Part shown: positions 28,096 to 38,365 of the stretch, in pieces
Numbering within the stretch: position 1 is the stretch's first letter
Layout of the letters: each line of letters starts with the position of its first letter
Made by a program: the position numbers and the translations under genes
Source: an uncultured Candidatus Saccharibacteria bacterium
GTDB lineage: Bacteria; Patescibacteriota; Minisyncoccia; Phycocordibacterales; UBA918
Reading direction: 5' to 3'
Assembly (NCBI GenBank): GCA_964350985.1
Contig: CAYGLK010000001.1
Location: forward strand, 457,973 to 521,972
Length of the DNA stretch: 64,000 nucleotides
The notes under the pieces: generated by a model
What the model was told of the DNA's origin: nothing
Databases searched by the model: none
What the model saw: the letters and a program-made list of their open reading frames with translations, nothing else

Positions 28096-29400
28096 TTAAT
28101 AAATTTGTTCAATCTTTACTAATGCATCACTGACAGCTGATCCCAGGTTACTGCGGTTGGCTGTTACTGAATCCAGCATCTGACGCAAAATCACATCAAG
28201 TTGATCTTGATCTGGACTAAGCCAACCTCGGGTGTAAAGAGCAGACTCGTAGGCAATCCTTCCGTAGACATCATTACTCCCAGCAGTTACTGAGCTTCTG
28301 AATACAGGAGCTAGGTTGTAAGCGGTGGTTAATTTTTGAGCATTTGTTTGACTGCTTAGTTGCTGCAAGATAATACTTGCTCCTAGTTTATTTTTAGCGG
28401 CCTTAGGAATAGCTAGGCCATAATAAAGACCGTAGTTACGTTTTACCGTAGCAGCTGCACCTTGCGGCACTGGTGCGATATCAAAACTAAGGTTTGGGTT
28501 CTTTGCTTGTATTTCTTTTCCTTCACTAGCAAAACCAAAATACATGGCTAAGTCTTCGCTCAAGAACATCTCACGATCTTGTCTAAATGAACGATTCCAA
28601 CTATAGAGAGTATTGCCTGTATTGTTAAAATTTGTAAAGAATGAGACAGCGCCTGTTAGTGGTCTCGCTGGTGCCTGACCTATCACCTCTTCCAGTCTAA
28701 CTTTATAAAAACTCTGACTTTCAGTTACAAGCGCACTTCCTCCCTGGATTAATAGTAATGAAAGTATTGGAAAAGCATTTTTAACATTTCCATATTCACC
28801 AAAAGCGATAGCTGGTCTAGTAATATTTCTATTACTATCACGCAAAGTTAAGGCTGGGACCACTTCTCCAACTAACTCTTCCCAGGTGCGCGGCGCAGCC
28901 GATAGATTTTTGTTGGCAAAAATATCTCGATTCCAAAAGAGTACCAGCGGATTAACTGCTATCGGCAAAGCATAGATACCGTCACTTAGCGCAAAGATTT
29001 CCGCCCCGTCAGTATAAGTACTTCTAAAATCACGTATTGGGTAGGCATCATAAGTAATAGCCTGTAGTCTCTTACGATGTTCAACAATACGATCATGTCC
29101 AATTAATATTAAGTCTGGGGGCTTTTGATCAGCCAGGGCATTTACAAATTCATTATCGAAGCTGACTGGATCAACATAGCGGTATGAAACATTTTGGAAA
29201 CTCTTGTCAGTTCCTTCGATTTCTCTTATCAAGTCAGAGAAAGCTGGTGATGGTAAAACACCCCAAATAACAACAGTACCGGTAACTTTCGCTGGATCAT
29301 TTTCATCACTTGGAGAATAAGTGCTAAGCAAAATCAGAGCTATGACAAAAAGCGATCCAAAAACTCCAATCAAAACTAATTCAAAAGGTCTTAATTTCAT
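28096..29400 (-). CDS. Extracellular solute-binding protein (ABC-type, family 1-like), membrane-anchored, orphan
   Basis: 434 aa. An N-terminal signal anchor, then GTVVIWGV.., with the general pattern of sugar SBPs. No permease or ATPase gene is adjacent. Confidence 0.45.
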   Translation of the reverse strand: MKLRPFELVLIGVFGSLFVIALILLSTYSPSDENDPAKVTGTVVIWGVLPSPAFSDLIREIEGTDKSFQNVSYRYVDPVSFDNEFVNALADQKPPDLILIGHDRIVEHRKRLQAITYDAYPIRDFRSTYTDGAEIFALSDGIYALPIAVNPLVLFWNRDIFANKNLSAAPRTWEELVGEVVPALTLRDSNRNITRPAIAFGEYGNVKNAFPILSLLLIQGGSALVTESQSFYKVRLEEVIGQAPARPLTGAVSFFTNFNNTGNTLYSWNRSFRQDREMFLSEDLAMYFGFASEGKEIQAKNPNLSFDIAPVPQGAAATVKRNYGLYYGLAIPKAAKNKLGASIILQQLSSQTNAQKLTTAYNLAPVFRSSVTAGSNDVYGRIAYESALYTRGWLSPDQDQLDVILRQMLDSVTANRSNLGSAVSDALVKIEQIY

Positions 29401-29945
29401 ATTTTTCTAACGGCAAAACCGTAATGATGATCTCCGGCTGGATATTCTCTTTCAAAGATAAATTGAGCTGCTTCACATAGATCTGTAGCAGCTGCTTTAC
29501 TCACCACGTCTGCTGGCTGTGGACCTAAGCCACCAAATGATTCAGACCAGTCAATCACGTAAAGCACTCCGTCTTTGCGTAACACTCTTCTGATTTCTTT
29601 TAAAGCCGCGGCTTTATCTTCAAACTGAAACAAGGTGTTTATTAGTAAACCTGAATCAAGAGAATTGTCGGTAAGCTTTATCCCTCCCGCCTCTTCCAGG
29701 TCACACCAAAGTGGACTAACGTTTTGTAAGCTAGCATTACGGACAAATTCACCCAGTTTTTCAACCAGTCCTTTCTGGATCTCGCAAGCATAAACTCTTC
29801 CTTCAGCACCTACAGCCTCTGATAAACTCTTCAAGAAAAAACCGTTTCCAGCACCAAAATCAGCCACCTTATCACCTTCATTTAAATGGAAGTGAGTGGC
29901 AACAATTTCTGGAGTAACAAAACGACCAGGTATAACAAAATTCAT
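29397..29945 (-). CDS. Class I SAM-dependent methyltransferase
   Basis: 182 aa. Motif I ADFGAGNGFF, plus acidic and post-II motifs. Confidence 0.65.
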   Translation of the reverse strand: MNFVIPGRFVTPEIVATHFHLNEGDKVADFGAGNGFFLKSLSEAVGAEGRVYACEIQKGLVEKLGEFVRNASLQNVSPLWCDLEEAGGIKLTDNSLDSGLLINTLFQFEDKAAALKEIRRVLRKDGVLYVIDWSESFGGLGPQPADVVSKAAATDLCEAAQFIFEREYPAGDHHYGFAVRKI

Positions 29946-30089
29946 TGCTTTTATTATACATCATAAGATTTTAGCTTTTACTTAGGTGTGTGAAATAAAA
30001 GACCGCGAGCTATGCTCGCGGTCTTTTATTTACCTCTATTCGACTTTAGGTCGGACAACGAAGAAGTGTGCCGTTTGTGTAGCTTATAT

Positions 30090-32558
30090 CTAGACAAACA
30101 CTACGCTCGCGATAGCATCACCCTCACGCATCTTCATCACTCTTACTCCTTGTGTTTGACGACCTAGAGTTGGTACGTCCTTCAGTGGCAATTTAATCAC
30201 CTGTCCTCGCTGACTCATAATTACTAGCTCACCATCAGTTCGTTCATCTTCCTTGAGAACAATTCCGCAAACAATATCTCCTGTTTTGTTTGTTACCTTT
30301 GCAGTCTTAATCCCAGAACCACCTCGCTTTTGTACTTTGTATTCTTTAGCTGGAGTGGCCTTTCCGTAACCTTGCCTAGTAACAATTAAAATCTCGGTTT
30401 TCTTTTCATCTTTCTTGAAGATGTCTGCTGAGACAATATAGTCATTCTTGCCAAGCTTCATAGCAGCAACGCCAGCTGCTGTACGTCCCATTTGACGCAC
30501 ATCACTTTCTTTAAAGCGAATTGATTGACCTAGTGAAGTCACCAAAGACACTTCATCTCCCTTTCCAGCAAAGCGCGCGGCAATCAAAGAGTCATCGTCT
30601 TTAAGAGTAATTGCAATCAAACCACTGCGACGCACATCTTTAAAGGAAATGGCATCACTCTTCTTGGCTACACCATTTTTTGTGATCATCATTAGACTCC
30701 AGTCTCCAGTCCATTCTTCTTTCCGAACAGCCAGTACTGAAGTTACTTTCTCTTCTTGAGAAAGTGGCAAGAAGTTCATGATTGATTTACCACGAGTTGC
30801 TCGTCGTCCTTCTGGGATTTCAAACATCTTACTTTGGTAAACTTTACCCTTATCAGTGAAGAAAAGAAGATCACTATGTGCTGAAGTTGTCAGCAAAGTA
30901 GTGACCACGTCTTCTTCTTTAGTATTGAGGTCAACCACTCCTACCCCGCCTCGTTTTTGAGTTTTGTATTCTTCGGGATTTGTCCGCTTTACGTACCCTC
31001 CTTGAGTCAATACCAAAACACTTTCTTCGTCAGGAATAAGATCTTCTTGGGACATTTGTTTAACACCCCCCTTCACAATCTTAGTCCGTCTATCGTCGCC
31101 ATATTTTTCAGCAATTTCCAAAAGGTCATCTTTAACGATCTTTAACATCAGCGCTTTATTCTTCAAAATCGATTGCAAGTGCTTTATCAGTTTTTGTACT
31201 TCAGCTAACTCATCTTCAATCTTCTTTCTCTCTAGTCCTGCTAGCTTCTGAAGTCGCATATCCAAGATCGCTTGTGCTTGGACAATTGAGAACTTAAATT
31301 CCTTCATCAAGGCAGCATGGGCAGACGGAACATCTTTAGCAGCCCTGATAAGCTTGATGATCTTATCGATATGATCCAAAGCCTTTTTGAGACCAAGCAA
31401 GATATGTTCTCGATCTTGAGCCTTTGTAAGGTCATATTGTGTTCGGCGACGAATCACTTCTGCTCGGTGTTTGACGTACTCCTCTAAGATCGCTTTCAAT
31501 GAGAGAGTTTGCGGAATACCTTCAACTAAAGCCACCATGTTGTAGTGGAAAGTTTCTTCCAGCTGAGTGTGTTTGTATAGTTTATTTAAAATCGTCTGAG
31601 GTTGAGCTCCACTCTTAAGTTCAATCACCACTCGAATATCAGTCGTTGATTCGTCACGCATGTCACGAATACCTTCAATTCTTTTATCACGAACCAAGTC
31701 AGCAATCTTCACTTGTAGGTCAGCTTTATTAACTCGATAAGGGATTGAAGTAATTACGATAGCAAAAGCGCCTCGCTTGTCTTCAACAATCTCTGCTTCA
31801 CCACGAACCACTACTCCTCCCTTACCGTTGGCGTAAGCATGGGCTATATCTTTCTGATTGAAAGCCACAGCACCTACCGGGAAGTCTGGTCCTTTAACGA
31901 ACTTCAGCAGATCGTCAGTTGAAGCTCCTGGATTATCGATCAAGTGTGCTACTGCAGCCGCAACCTCACGTAGGTTGTGTGGAGGAATATTTGTAGCCAT
32001 TCCCACCGCAATTCCAAGCGAACCGAGTAAAAGCAGGTTAGGTACTGCTGCAGGCAAAACAATTGGCTCTTTTTTAGTACCGTCAAAGTTTGGCCGCCAA
32101 TCTACCGTGTCTTTTTCTAAGTCACGTAAAATCTCTTCCGAGATTTTAGACATCTTTGCTTCTGTATATCGGTAGGCTGCTGCCGAGTCTCCGTCGATAG
32201 ATCCAAAGTTTCCTTGTCCTAACACTAGTGGGTAGCGAGTGGCAAAATCTTGCGCTAACTTCACCATGGCATCATACACAGAGTTGTCACCATGAGGGTG
32301 AAAACTACCAAGCACGTCTCCCACCACAGTAGCTGACTTCTTAAACCGAGCGGTTGAAGTGAGTCCATTCAAACGCATTGAATACAAAATACGTCGGTGC
32401 ACAGGCTTAAGACCATCCCGAACATCAGGAAGTGCACGTTGAGTAATAACCGACATCGCATAGTCGAGATAAGCCGTCTCCATTTCGGAGGTAATGTCTT
32501 GGTTTATGATACCTCTAGGTGAGATTGGTTGTTCTGGGGCAATTGTCTTTTTCGGCAT
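30090..32558 (-). CDS. gyrA: DNA gyrase subunit A
   Basis: 822 aa. [18 protein letters not shown], active-site Tyr region and a C-terminal beta-pinwheel. A terminator follows at 29997-30030. Confidence 0.9.
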   Translation of the reverse strand: MPKKTIAPEQPISPRGIINQDITSEMETAYLDYAMSVITQRALPDVRDGLKPVHRRILYSMRLNGLTSTARFKKSATVVGDVLGSFHPHGDNSVYDAMVKLAQDFATRYPLVLGQGNFGSIDGDSAAAYRYTEAKMSKISEEILRDLEKDTVDWRPNFDGTKKEPIVLPAAVPNLLLLGSLGIAVGMATNIPPHNLREVAAAVAHLIDNPGASTDDLLKFVKGPDFPVGAVAFNQKDIAHAYANGKGGVVVRGEAEIVEDKRGAFAIVITSIPYRVNKADLQVKIADLVRDKRIEGIRDMRDESTTDIRVVIELKSGAQPQTILNKLYKHTQLEETFHYNMVALVEGIPQTLSLKAILEEYVKHRAEVIRRRTQYDLTKAQDREHILLGLKKALDHIDKIIKLIRAAKDVPSAHAALMKEFKFSIVQAQAILDMRLQKLAGLERKKIEDELAEVQKLIKHLQSILKNKALMLKIVKDDLLEIAEKYGDDRRTKIVKGGVKQMSQEDLIPDEESVLVLTQGGYVKRTNPEEYKTQKRGGVGVVDLNTKEEDVVTTLLTTSAHSDLLFFTDKGKVYQSKMFEIPEGRRATRGKSIMNFLPLSQEEKVTSVLAVRKEEWTGDWSLMMITKNGVAKKSDAISFKDVRRSGLIAITLKDDDSLIAARFAGKGDEVSLVTSLGQSIRFKESDVRQMGRTAAGVAAMKLGKNDYIVSADIFKKDEKKTEILIVTRQGYGKATPAKEYKVQKRGGSGIKTAKVTNKTGDIVCGIVLKEDERTDGELVIMSQRGQVIKLPLKDVPTLGRQTQGVRVMKMREGDAIASVVFV

Positions 32559-32609
32559 ATGTCTTTACAACTGGAATAAAAATAATAAAAAGTATAGCAT
32601 ATTTGCTGG

Positions 32610-33074
32610 TTATCTGCCGCCTCCGGCTGAGGCTTCTGACTCCGCAGATCCGCTAGCTGTAGTTGTACCGATCAATACTTCACTATATGAAGGCTCGGAA
32701 GTTGTTGCTGTTTCAGGCTTATTTTCTTGCTCCTTTTTTTCAACTATTTGTCTATCTTCATCGGTTAAGATAATCCCTCCTGAAGCTTTCGGTTCAGCCT
32801 GATCCACTTCAGGTTTTTTTTCTTCAGAATCTCCAAAAGCTGATATCAATGAGCCGAGTTGTTCTTTTGACTGTTTAAGAAAAGTTGCAAAAGGTCTTTG
32901 TTTTGACTCAGCCTCAACTGCTACCGCACTTGAAGTTGCATTAAAGCCTGGAAAGGCGACCAACCAAACGAGAAATACAGCTAAAGTAAATACAGCGGAA
33001 AAGCCTAGAGCATAATTGTCACGCACTGATTTTGGCTGACGTCTAAGATGCTGAAAGAATTTTTTCATAAACAA
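32610..33074 (-). CDS. Hypothetical membrane-anchored protein with an acidic, low-complexity C-terminus
   Basis: 154 aa with one TM helix. Confidence 0.35.
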   Translation of the reverse strand: MFMKKFFQHLRRQPKSVRDNYALGFSAVFTLAVFLVWLVAFPGFNATSSAVAVEAESKQRPFATFLKQSKEQLGSLISAFGDSEEKKPEVDQAEPKASGGIILTDEDRQIVEKKEQENKPETATTSEPSYSEVLIGTTTASGSAESEASAGGGR

Positions 33075-33103
33075 TAGTCAATAATTTTGAACTCTGTATC
33101 GAA

Positions 33104-33748
33104 CTAGACCACTTTAAGAACACGTACTTCCCCTTCCATTTCATTTACATCTTTCTTTTTGATTGTGAGTTTATCTGAAACTGCACCCCCTTCCACTCCT
33201 GCTTCTTTCAAGAAAGCTGTTAGTGAATTTTTGTCGTAGTGCATTGGAATAATTAACTTTGCCTCTAACTTCACCGCTAATTTTGTTGCCTGAGGCACAT
33301 CAAGTACATCACCACCTCCGATCGGTAAAAACAAAATATCTACATCACCAAATGATCCGAGGATTTTTGGATCAATTTCATTTGTACCTAAGGCACCTAA
33401 AAAGATCATGTTGATATCTTCCAGTTTTACCTGATAGATATTGTTGAAACGATCAACCCCTTCATAAGTCGTCTTCACTCCATAACCACGAGCAGTCACC
33501 GAACCAACTTCGTACTCACCAGGACCACGTACAACATAAGGTTCTTTTGTACCATGAGCTGCCTGATCTACCCCATTAAAGTTTGGGTGATTTAAAGAAA
33601 CAAAAGCAATATCCGCACCAAATTTAACTCCTGATAATTTTGACTCTTTAGCGATTGGGTCAAATGCAATTGTAGTATCTCCAAAAGATACCTTAAAACA
33701 TTGTCCGCCGTGATGTGTAATAACCATAGTGTCACTAGTATACGACAT
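33104..33748 (-). CDS. MBL-fold metallo-hydrolase
   Basis: 214 aa. An HxHxDH-like region (ITHHGGQCF) and conserved downstream Asp/His residues. Confidence 0.65.
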   Translation of the reverse strand: MSYTSDTMVITHHGGQCFKVSFGDTTIAFDPIAKESKLSGVKFGADIAFVSLNHPNFNGVDQAAHGTKEPYVVRGPGEYEVGSVTARGYGVKTTYEGVDRFNNIYQVKLEDINMIFLGALGTNEIDPKILGSFGDVDILFLPIGGGDVLDVPQATKLAVKLEAKLIIPMHYDKNSLTAFLKEAGVEGGAVSDKLTIKKKDVNEMEGEVRVLKVV

Positions 33749-33930
33749 TACTAAGAGAAGCTAAAGTAAGTAGCTCTCTTCCTAGACATTTTGAGTCATC
33801 TATACTATATTTGTCCTTACCATTTTGGTAATTATTAGTTCCTAGCGGCACACGTTAACCCTGTACTGATGCTTACGGCCCTGAGACTCGGCAGTACAGA
33901 CGCGTGTCGTCGGAATAACAAAACAAAAGT

Positions 33931-35037
33931 ATGACAGAAAACACTGCTAATACAGCAGAAGGAAGTGTGTTAATGCAGAACTACGCTGCAGAAACACCAG
34001 CTGCTCCTAAAGAAGGACAGTTAATTGATGGTACTGTATCAGCACTAGGAAGAGCTCGTGTCTTTATTGACTTGCCTCCTTTCGGAACAGGTATCATTTA
34101 TGGTCGTGAATACATGAACGCTCGAGATATCCTGCGAAAGATATCAGTTGGTGATTCTATTGCTGCGAAAGTAGTAATGACTGAAAACGAAGATGGTTAC
34201 ATCGAACTTTCACTTAAAGAAGCACGTCAAGCTCTTATTTGGGCTGATGCTGAAGAAGCTGTGAAGAAGGGTTCTGTAATGAGCCTACTTGTAAAAGAAG
34301 CTAACAAGGGTGGTCTTATCATTGAATGGCAAGGCATCCAAGGATTCCTTCCTGCTTCGCAGCTTTCAGCTGACAACTACCCACGCGTAGTTGACGGAGA
34401 CAAGGACAAGATCCTTACTGCTCTAAATGACCTTATCGGTAAACACCTTAGTGTTGTTATGATCACAGCTGATCAAAAAGAACACAAGTTGATCTTCTCT
34501 GAAAAGGGTCTGCAAGAAAAAGAAGAGAAGGAAGAGAAAGTTGGTAAGTACGAAGTTGGTGACGTTCTCACTGGAGAAGTTACTGGCGCTGTCGACTTTG
34601 GTATCTTCGTTAAGGTTGAACAAGGTCTTGAAGGTCTAGTGCACATCTCTGAACTAGATTGGGGTCTTGTAGAAGACACTCGTGCGCTATACAAGGTTGG
34701 CGACAAGGTAAAGGTAAAAGTTATTGAAGTGAAAGACGACAAGATTTCTCTTTCTATCAAGCAACTTAAAGATAACCCATGGATGGAAGCAAGTAAGAAG
34801 TTCAAGAAAGATGATGTGGTGGACGCGGTTGTTATTAAATACAACAAGCACGGTGCTCTAGCTTCTATTGAAGAAGGTGTAGCTGGACTAGTACACATCT
34901 CTGAATTTGAGAAAGAAGAAAATCTTAAGAGTGCTCTATCTCTTGGAAATGTTTACAAGTTCAAGATTTCACTTTTTGAACCAACTGAACAACGAATGAC
35001 TCTGTCATACAAAGAAGCAAATCCAGAAGCTAAGTAA
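33931..35037 (+). CDS. rpsA: 30S ribosomal protein S1 (four S1 domains)
   Basis: 368 aa. Repeated S1 OB-fold motifs (G.V.G.V....FG.FV...G.EGLVHISE). Confidence 0.75.
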   Translation: MTENTANTAEGSVLMQNYAAETPAAPKEGQLIDGTVSALGRARVFIDLPPFGTGIIYGREYMNARDILRKISVGDSIAAKVVMTENEDGYIELSLKEARQALIWADAEEAVKKGSVMSLLVKEANKGGLIIEWQGIQGFLPASQLSADNYPRVVDGDKDKILTALNDLIGKHLSVVMITADQKEHKLIFSEKGLQEKEEKEEKVGKYEVGDVLTGEVTGAVDFGIFVKVEQGLEGLVHISELDWGLVEDTRALYKVGDKVKVKVIEVKDDKISLSIKQLKDNPWMEASKKFKKDDVVDAVVIKYNKHGALASIEEGVAGLVHISEFEKEENLKSALSLGNVYKFKISLFEPTEQRMTLSYKEANPEAK

Positions 35038-35051
35038 GCTAACGGATAAAA

Positions 35052-35094
35052 TAAAAACAGCGTGGTGGGCTTTGCCCACCACGCTGTTTTTATT
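35052..35094. terminator. Bidirectional terminator aaaaacagcgtggtgggc-ttt-gcccaccacgctgttttt between rpsA and pth
   Basis: Perfect 15-bp stem. Confidence 0.65.
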
Positions 35095-35101
35095 TTCTCT
35101 T

Positions 35102-35704
35102 CTAATTAAACCGATTCATTGTCTTATCGTGCCCCACTTCAAGAATAGAACACAACACATCTTTAACCTTAGGAAAAACTTCTTTCTCTAATTTATCTTG
35201 TTCATTTCTAGTAAAGTTACTTAAGACAAATTTAGGTAAAGCTTCGCCAGTAAGGACCTTCATTTTTCCTGTCCAAAAACTACTTGGAGCTACGCCAATT
35301 CTTAATCGAATAAAATCTTTTGTTCCCAGTGTTTCAATAATAGACTTAATTCCGTTATGACCACCATCTCCTCTTCCAAAAGAAACCCTTACTTCACCAA
35401 AAGGTAATGCCACATCATCGTATATCACCACTAGATTAGAACTATCAGGACTATTTAAAAGCTTTTTTACAGCCTTACCCGAATGGTTCATAAAAGTATC
35501 TGGGTAAAGCACTGAAAGATCCTGGTCCAAGACATTTCCTTCTGAGAGTTCGCCCAGATATTTTGCTGACTTAACTGTCTCTGGTAGTTGCATCTTTTTT
35601 ATAAAAAAATCTGCTGCTAAAAAGCCAACATTATGTCTGGTGAATTTATATTTTGAACCAGGATTTCCTAATGCCACGAAGTAATACATAAGAGTATTGT
35701 ACAC
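35102..35704 (-). CDS. pth: Peptidyl-tRNA hydrolase
   Basis: 200 aa. GLGNPG..Y..TRHN.G motif near the N-terminus. Confidence 0.85.
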   Translation of the reverse strand: MYNTLMYYFVALGNPGSKYKFTRHNVGFLAADFFIKKMQLPETVKSAKYLGELSEGNVLDQDLSVLYPDTFMNHSGKAVKKLLNSPDSSNLVVIYDDVALPFGEVRVSFGRGDGGHNGIKSIIETLGTKDFIRLRIGVAPSSFWTGKMKVLTGEALPKFVLSNFTRNEQDKLEKEVFPKVKDVLCSILEVGHDKTMNRFN

Positions 35705-35771
35705 GAAGCCGATAATTTTTTGTAACCAAAAACGTCATATTTGTTTTTAAATTTTGCTTCAAGTATAATAG

Positions 35772-36419
35772 GTGAATCAAGTTATGAATTTGTTCTCATC
35801 AAAAAATAATACCTCCGAAAATCACTTACTAGAATCTCTAGAAGACGAACAAAACGCCCCTTTACCAGCTAAAGAAAATCCTTTTGTAGAGATTCTTCGA
35901 TTTTCAGTGATTGCCCTTTTGATTGTTATTCCAATTAGAACTTTTATTGCTCAACCTTTTATCGTCTCTGGTGCATCAATGAATGAAACTTTCCAAAATG
36001 GTGAGTACTTGATAGTTGACCAGCTTAGTTACAACCTAGCTTCCCCAGAGCGCGGAGACGTTATCATTTTCCGTTATCCACGTGACCCGTCCAAGTACTT
36101 TATTAAAAGAATTATTGGTGTTCCAAACGACACTATCAGTATAGTAGACAGTACTGTCACTATTACCAACGATGAAAACCCAGATGGTTTTGTTTTAACT
36201 GAACCATATATTAAGAGTATGCGGCCAGGTGCAAATATAACTGAAGAACTGGGAGAAAGAGAATATTTTGTGATGGGAGACAACCGCGATGAAAGTTCTG
36301 ACTCTCGGGTTTGGGGAGTCCTTCAGGAAGAGCGCATTATTGGCCGAGCTTTTCTCCGACTTTTTCCACCACAGACCATCGGAGTTTTACCAGGAGCCAT
36401 TGACCGAACTACAAATTAG
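35772..36419 (+). CDS. lepB: Signal peptidase I
   Basis: 215 aa. SGASM (catalytic Ser), KRIIGVPND, GDNRDESSDSRVWG. Confidence 0.85.
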   Translation: MNQVMNLFSSKNNTSENHLLESLEDEQNAPLPAKENPFVEILRFSVIALLIVIPIRTFIAQPFIVSGASMNETFQNGEYLIVDQLSYNLASPERGDVIIFRYPRDPSKYFIKRIIGVPNDTISIVDSTVTITNDENPDGFVLTEPYIKSMRPGANITEELGEREYFVMGDNRDESSDSRVWGVLQEERIIGRAFLRLFPPQTIGVLPGAIDRTTN

Positions 36420-36437
36420 TAATTATTTTAGCGTCTT

Positions 36438-37604
36438 ATGAAATACTCACCAACAGATTTCCTAAAGATTGCCACTAACACGGCTGAACACTTTGGTTTT
36501 CGTACAGCTAACATAATCAAAAAGAATCCTCTTTGTAAAAATTGCGAGATTCCTTTGTCTTATGTCTCAAGCCCAGCCGACAAGAAAAATGACAGCCAAC
36601 AGTGTCTACTAAACAATGGTGTACTTTCGTTTTGTGAGGATAACCTACATGCGCTTGAAGCTCCGGTACTACTCTATTCTTTGGACCAACTACCAGAAGA
36701 AGATAAAACTGTTTTTACTTTTAATATTTTTAACGTCCAGAAAAGTATTGCTGAAGCGATATTGATTCAAGTTGGACGTTCTTTGATGCAAGAACTTGAT
36801 CATGGTGACCATGTAGTACGAATCAACTCTCTTGGTGATGCTGAATCTAACCTACGATACAGTCGAGAACTAGCAAACTTCCTTAGAAAAAGAATTGAGA
36901 CTATTCCACCAACAGCGCGTGAATTGATGAAAGAACACCCTATCCTTGCTTTGATGCACTTAATCGAAACTGATCACGAAGTAGCGCACCGTAGTCCAAA
37001 CCCACTGGAATTCCTTAGTGACCCTAGTCGAAAACACTTCCGGGAGATTGTTGAATACTTGGATATGACTGAGACCCCATACGAAATAGACCCTAAGATG
37101 CTAGGACACCACGAATATTATTCTGATGCTCTGTTTTCGATCGAAACTAGTGATCCCGAAGACCTGACCTTACCAAGAATCTCTGTCAAAGGTGGTCGTT
37201 ATGATGAATTTTTGTATCGAAAGACCAGAAGCCGTATTCCAGCAGCCGGAGCAGTAGTAACCTATAGCAATGGAAAGCAACCAACTAGAATGCCTAAAGC
37301 TAAGTCTGTAGAGCCCGAGATATATGTCGTCCAACTGGGCTTTGGTCCAAAAGTACGCAGTCTTTCAGTCATTGAAAAGCTCAAAGAAGCAGGTATTCAT
37401 GTCAGACATGACCTCGCTAACGACTCCCTTTCAGCTCAATTACGCGACGCAGAGGCACGAGAAGTGCGTTATGCCGTTATTATTGGTCAAAAAGAGTTTG
37501 TTGACCAAACAGTTATCCTGCGTGACATGAAAGAAAGAAACCAAGAAAACATCTCTATCGACGCTCTAGTCAAGAAAATGAAGCGCCAAATCTCAGTTTC
37601 TTAG
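36438..37604 (+). CDS. hisS: Histidyl-tRNA synthetase-like class II protein with a divergent N-terminus (the canonical motif-2 arginines are not visible)
   Basis: 388 aa. HisRS-specific INSLG..RYSRELANFLRK, motif 3 GGRYDEF..PAAG, and a C-terminal anticodon-binding domain. Confidence 0.55.
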   Translation: MKYSPTDFLKIATNTAEHFGFRTANIIKKNPLCKNCEIPLSYVSSPADKKNDSQQCLLNNGVLSFCEDNLHALEAPVLLYSLDQLPEEDKTVFTFNIFNVQKSIAEAILIQVGRSLMQELDHGDHVVRINSLGDAESNLRYSRELANFLRKRIETIPPTARELMKEHPILALMHLIETDHEVAHRSPNPLEFLSDPSRKHFREIVEYLDMTETPYEIDPKMLGHHEYYSDALFSIETSDPEDLTLPRISVKGGRYDEFLYRKTRSRIPAAGAVVTYSNGKQPTRMPKAKSVEPEIYVVQLGFGPKVRSLSVIEKLKEAGIHVRHDLANDSLSAQLRDAEAREVRYAVIIGQKEFVDQTVILRDMKERNQENISIDALVKKMKRQISVS

Positions 37605-37635
37605 AGAAGAATCCACTTGCTTATCTTAAAACTTA

Positions 37636-37902
37636 ATGATATGCTCTTGCCCACATATGGCAATAAACGTCCAAGTAGAAAAAAATCAAAACGAGAGTAG
37701 TGCGAATGTAATTCGTCGCTTTACGAAACGTGTTCAAGGAGCAGGGATCATACCTAAAGTACGATCTGGTCGCTACCGAACAAGAATTAAAAGTGATAAC
37801 GTTCAAAGACGAGCAAAGCTAAAGAAACTAGGTAAGAAAGAAACTTACGAAAAGTTGCTTAAGTTAGGCAAGATTGCAGAACAAAAAAGCTACCGACGAT
37901 AA
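37636..37902 (+). CDS. rpsU: Probable 30S ribosomal protein S21 (start may be the internal MAINVQ)
   Basis: A small, very basic protein (..VIRRFTKRVQGAGII..RSGRYRTRIK..RRAKLKKLGKK) followed by a terminator at 37905-37945. Confidence 0.45.
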   Translation: MICSCPHMAINVQVEKNQNESSANVIRRFTKRVQGAGIIPKVRSGRYRTRIKSDNVQRRAKLKKLGKKETYEKLLKLGKIAEQKSYRR

Positions 37903-37947
37903 ACAAAAACCCCTTCTCTACTTGAAGGGGTTTTTGTTTATTCGGTC

Positions 37948-38352
37948 GTGTGTCATACTACTCTAATGACAAACGCTACACTTACTATCTCTAGTACTGT
38001 AAAAAAATATCCAAAATTAGACTACCAAAAATTCAAAGACACTATTCTTGGAAAGAAATATCAACTATCCTTGGCTTTTGTTGGTAGTAAAAGAGCTCAA
38101 AGTATCAATATCGCCTCACGCAAAAAAGATTACGTTCCCAACGTCTTATCTTTCCCTTTTGATCAAAACCAGGGTGAGATTTTTATCTGCCCTGAAATCG
38201 CCGCTACAGAAGCTCATAAATTCTCTCTTTCACAAGATGGCTATATCGCCTTCTTATTTATTCATGGGTTAATTCATCTCAAAGGCCATGATCATGGCGA
38301 GGCTATGGATAAACTCGAAAAAAGTTACCTAAAAAAGTTTAAGATAGTTTAG
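37948..38352 (+). CDS. ybeY: Endoribonuclease YbeY
   Basis: 134 aa with HGLIHLKGHDH (H3xH5xH zinc motif). Confidence 0.8.
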   Translation: MCHTTLMTNATLTISSTVKKYPKLDYQKFKDTILGKKYQLSLAFVGSKRAQSINIASRKKDYVPNVLSFPFDQNQGEIFICPEIAATEAHKFSLSQDGYIAFLFIHGLIHLKGHDHGEAMDKLEKSYLKKFKIV

Positions 38353-38365
38353 TATTAAGATTATT

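Noticed and set aside
33780-33930. Possible structured autoregulatory leader upstream of rpsA (ctgtactg...cagtacag stem)
   Set aside because: It is a single weak inverted repeat. I could not test for covariation or similarity to known S1 leaders.
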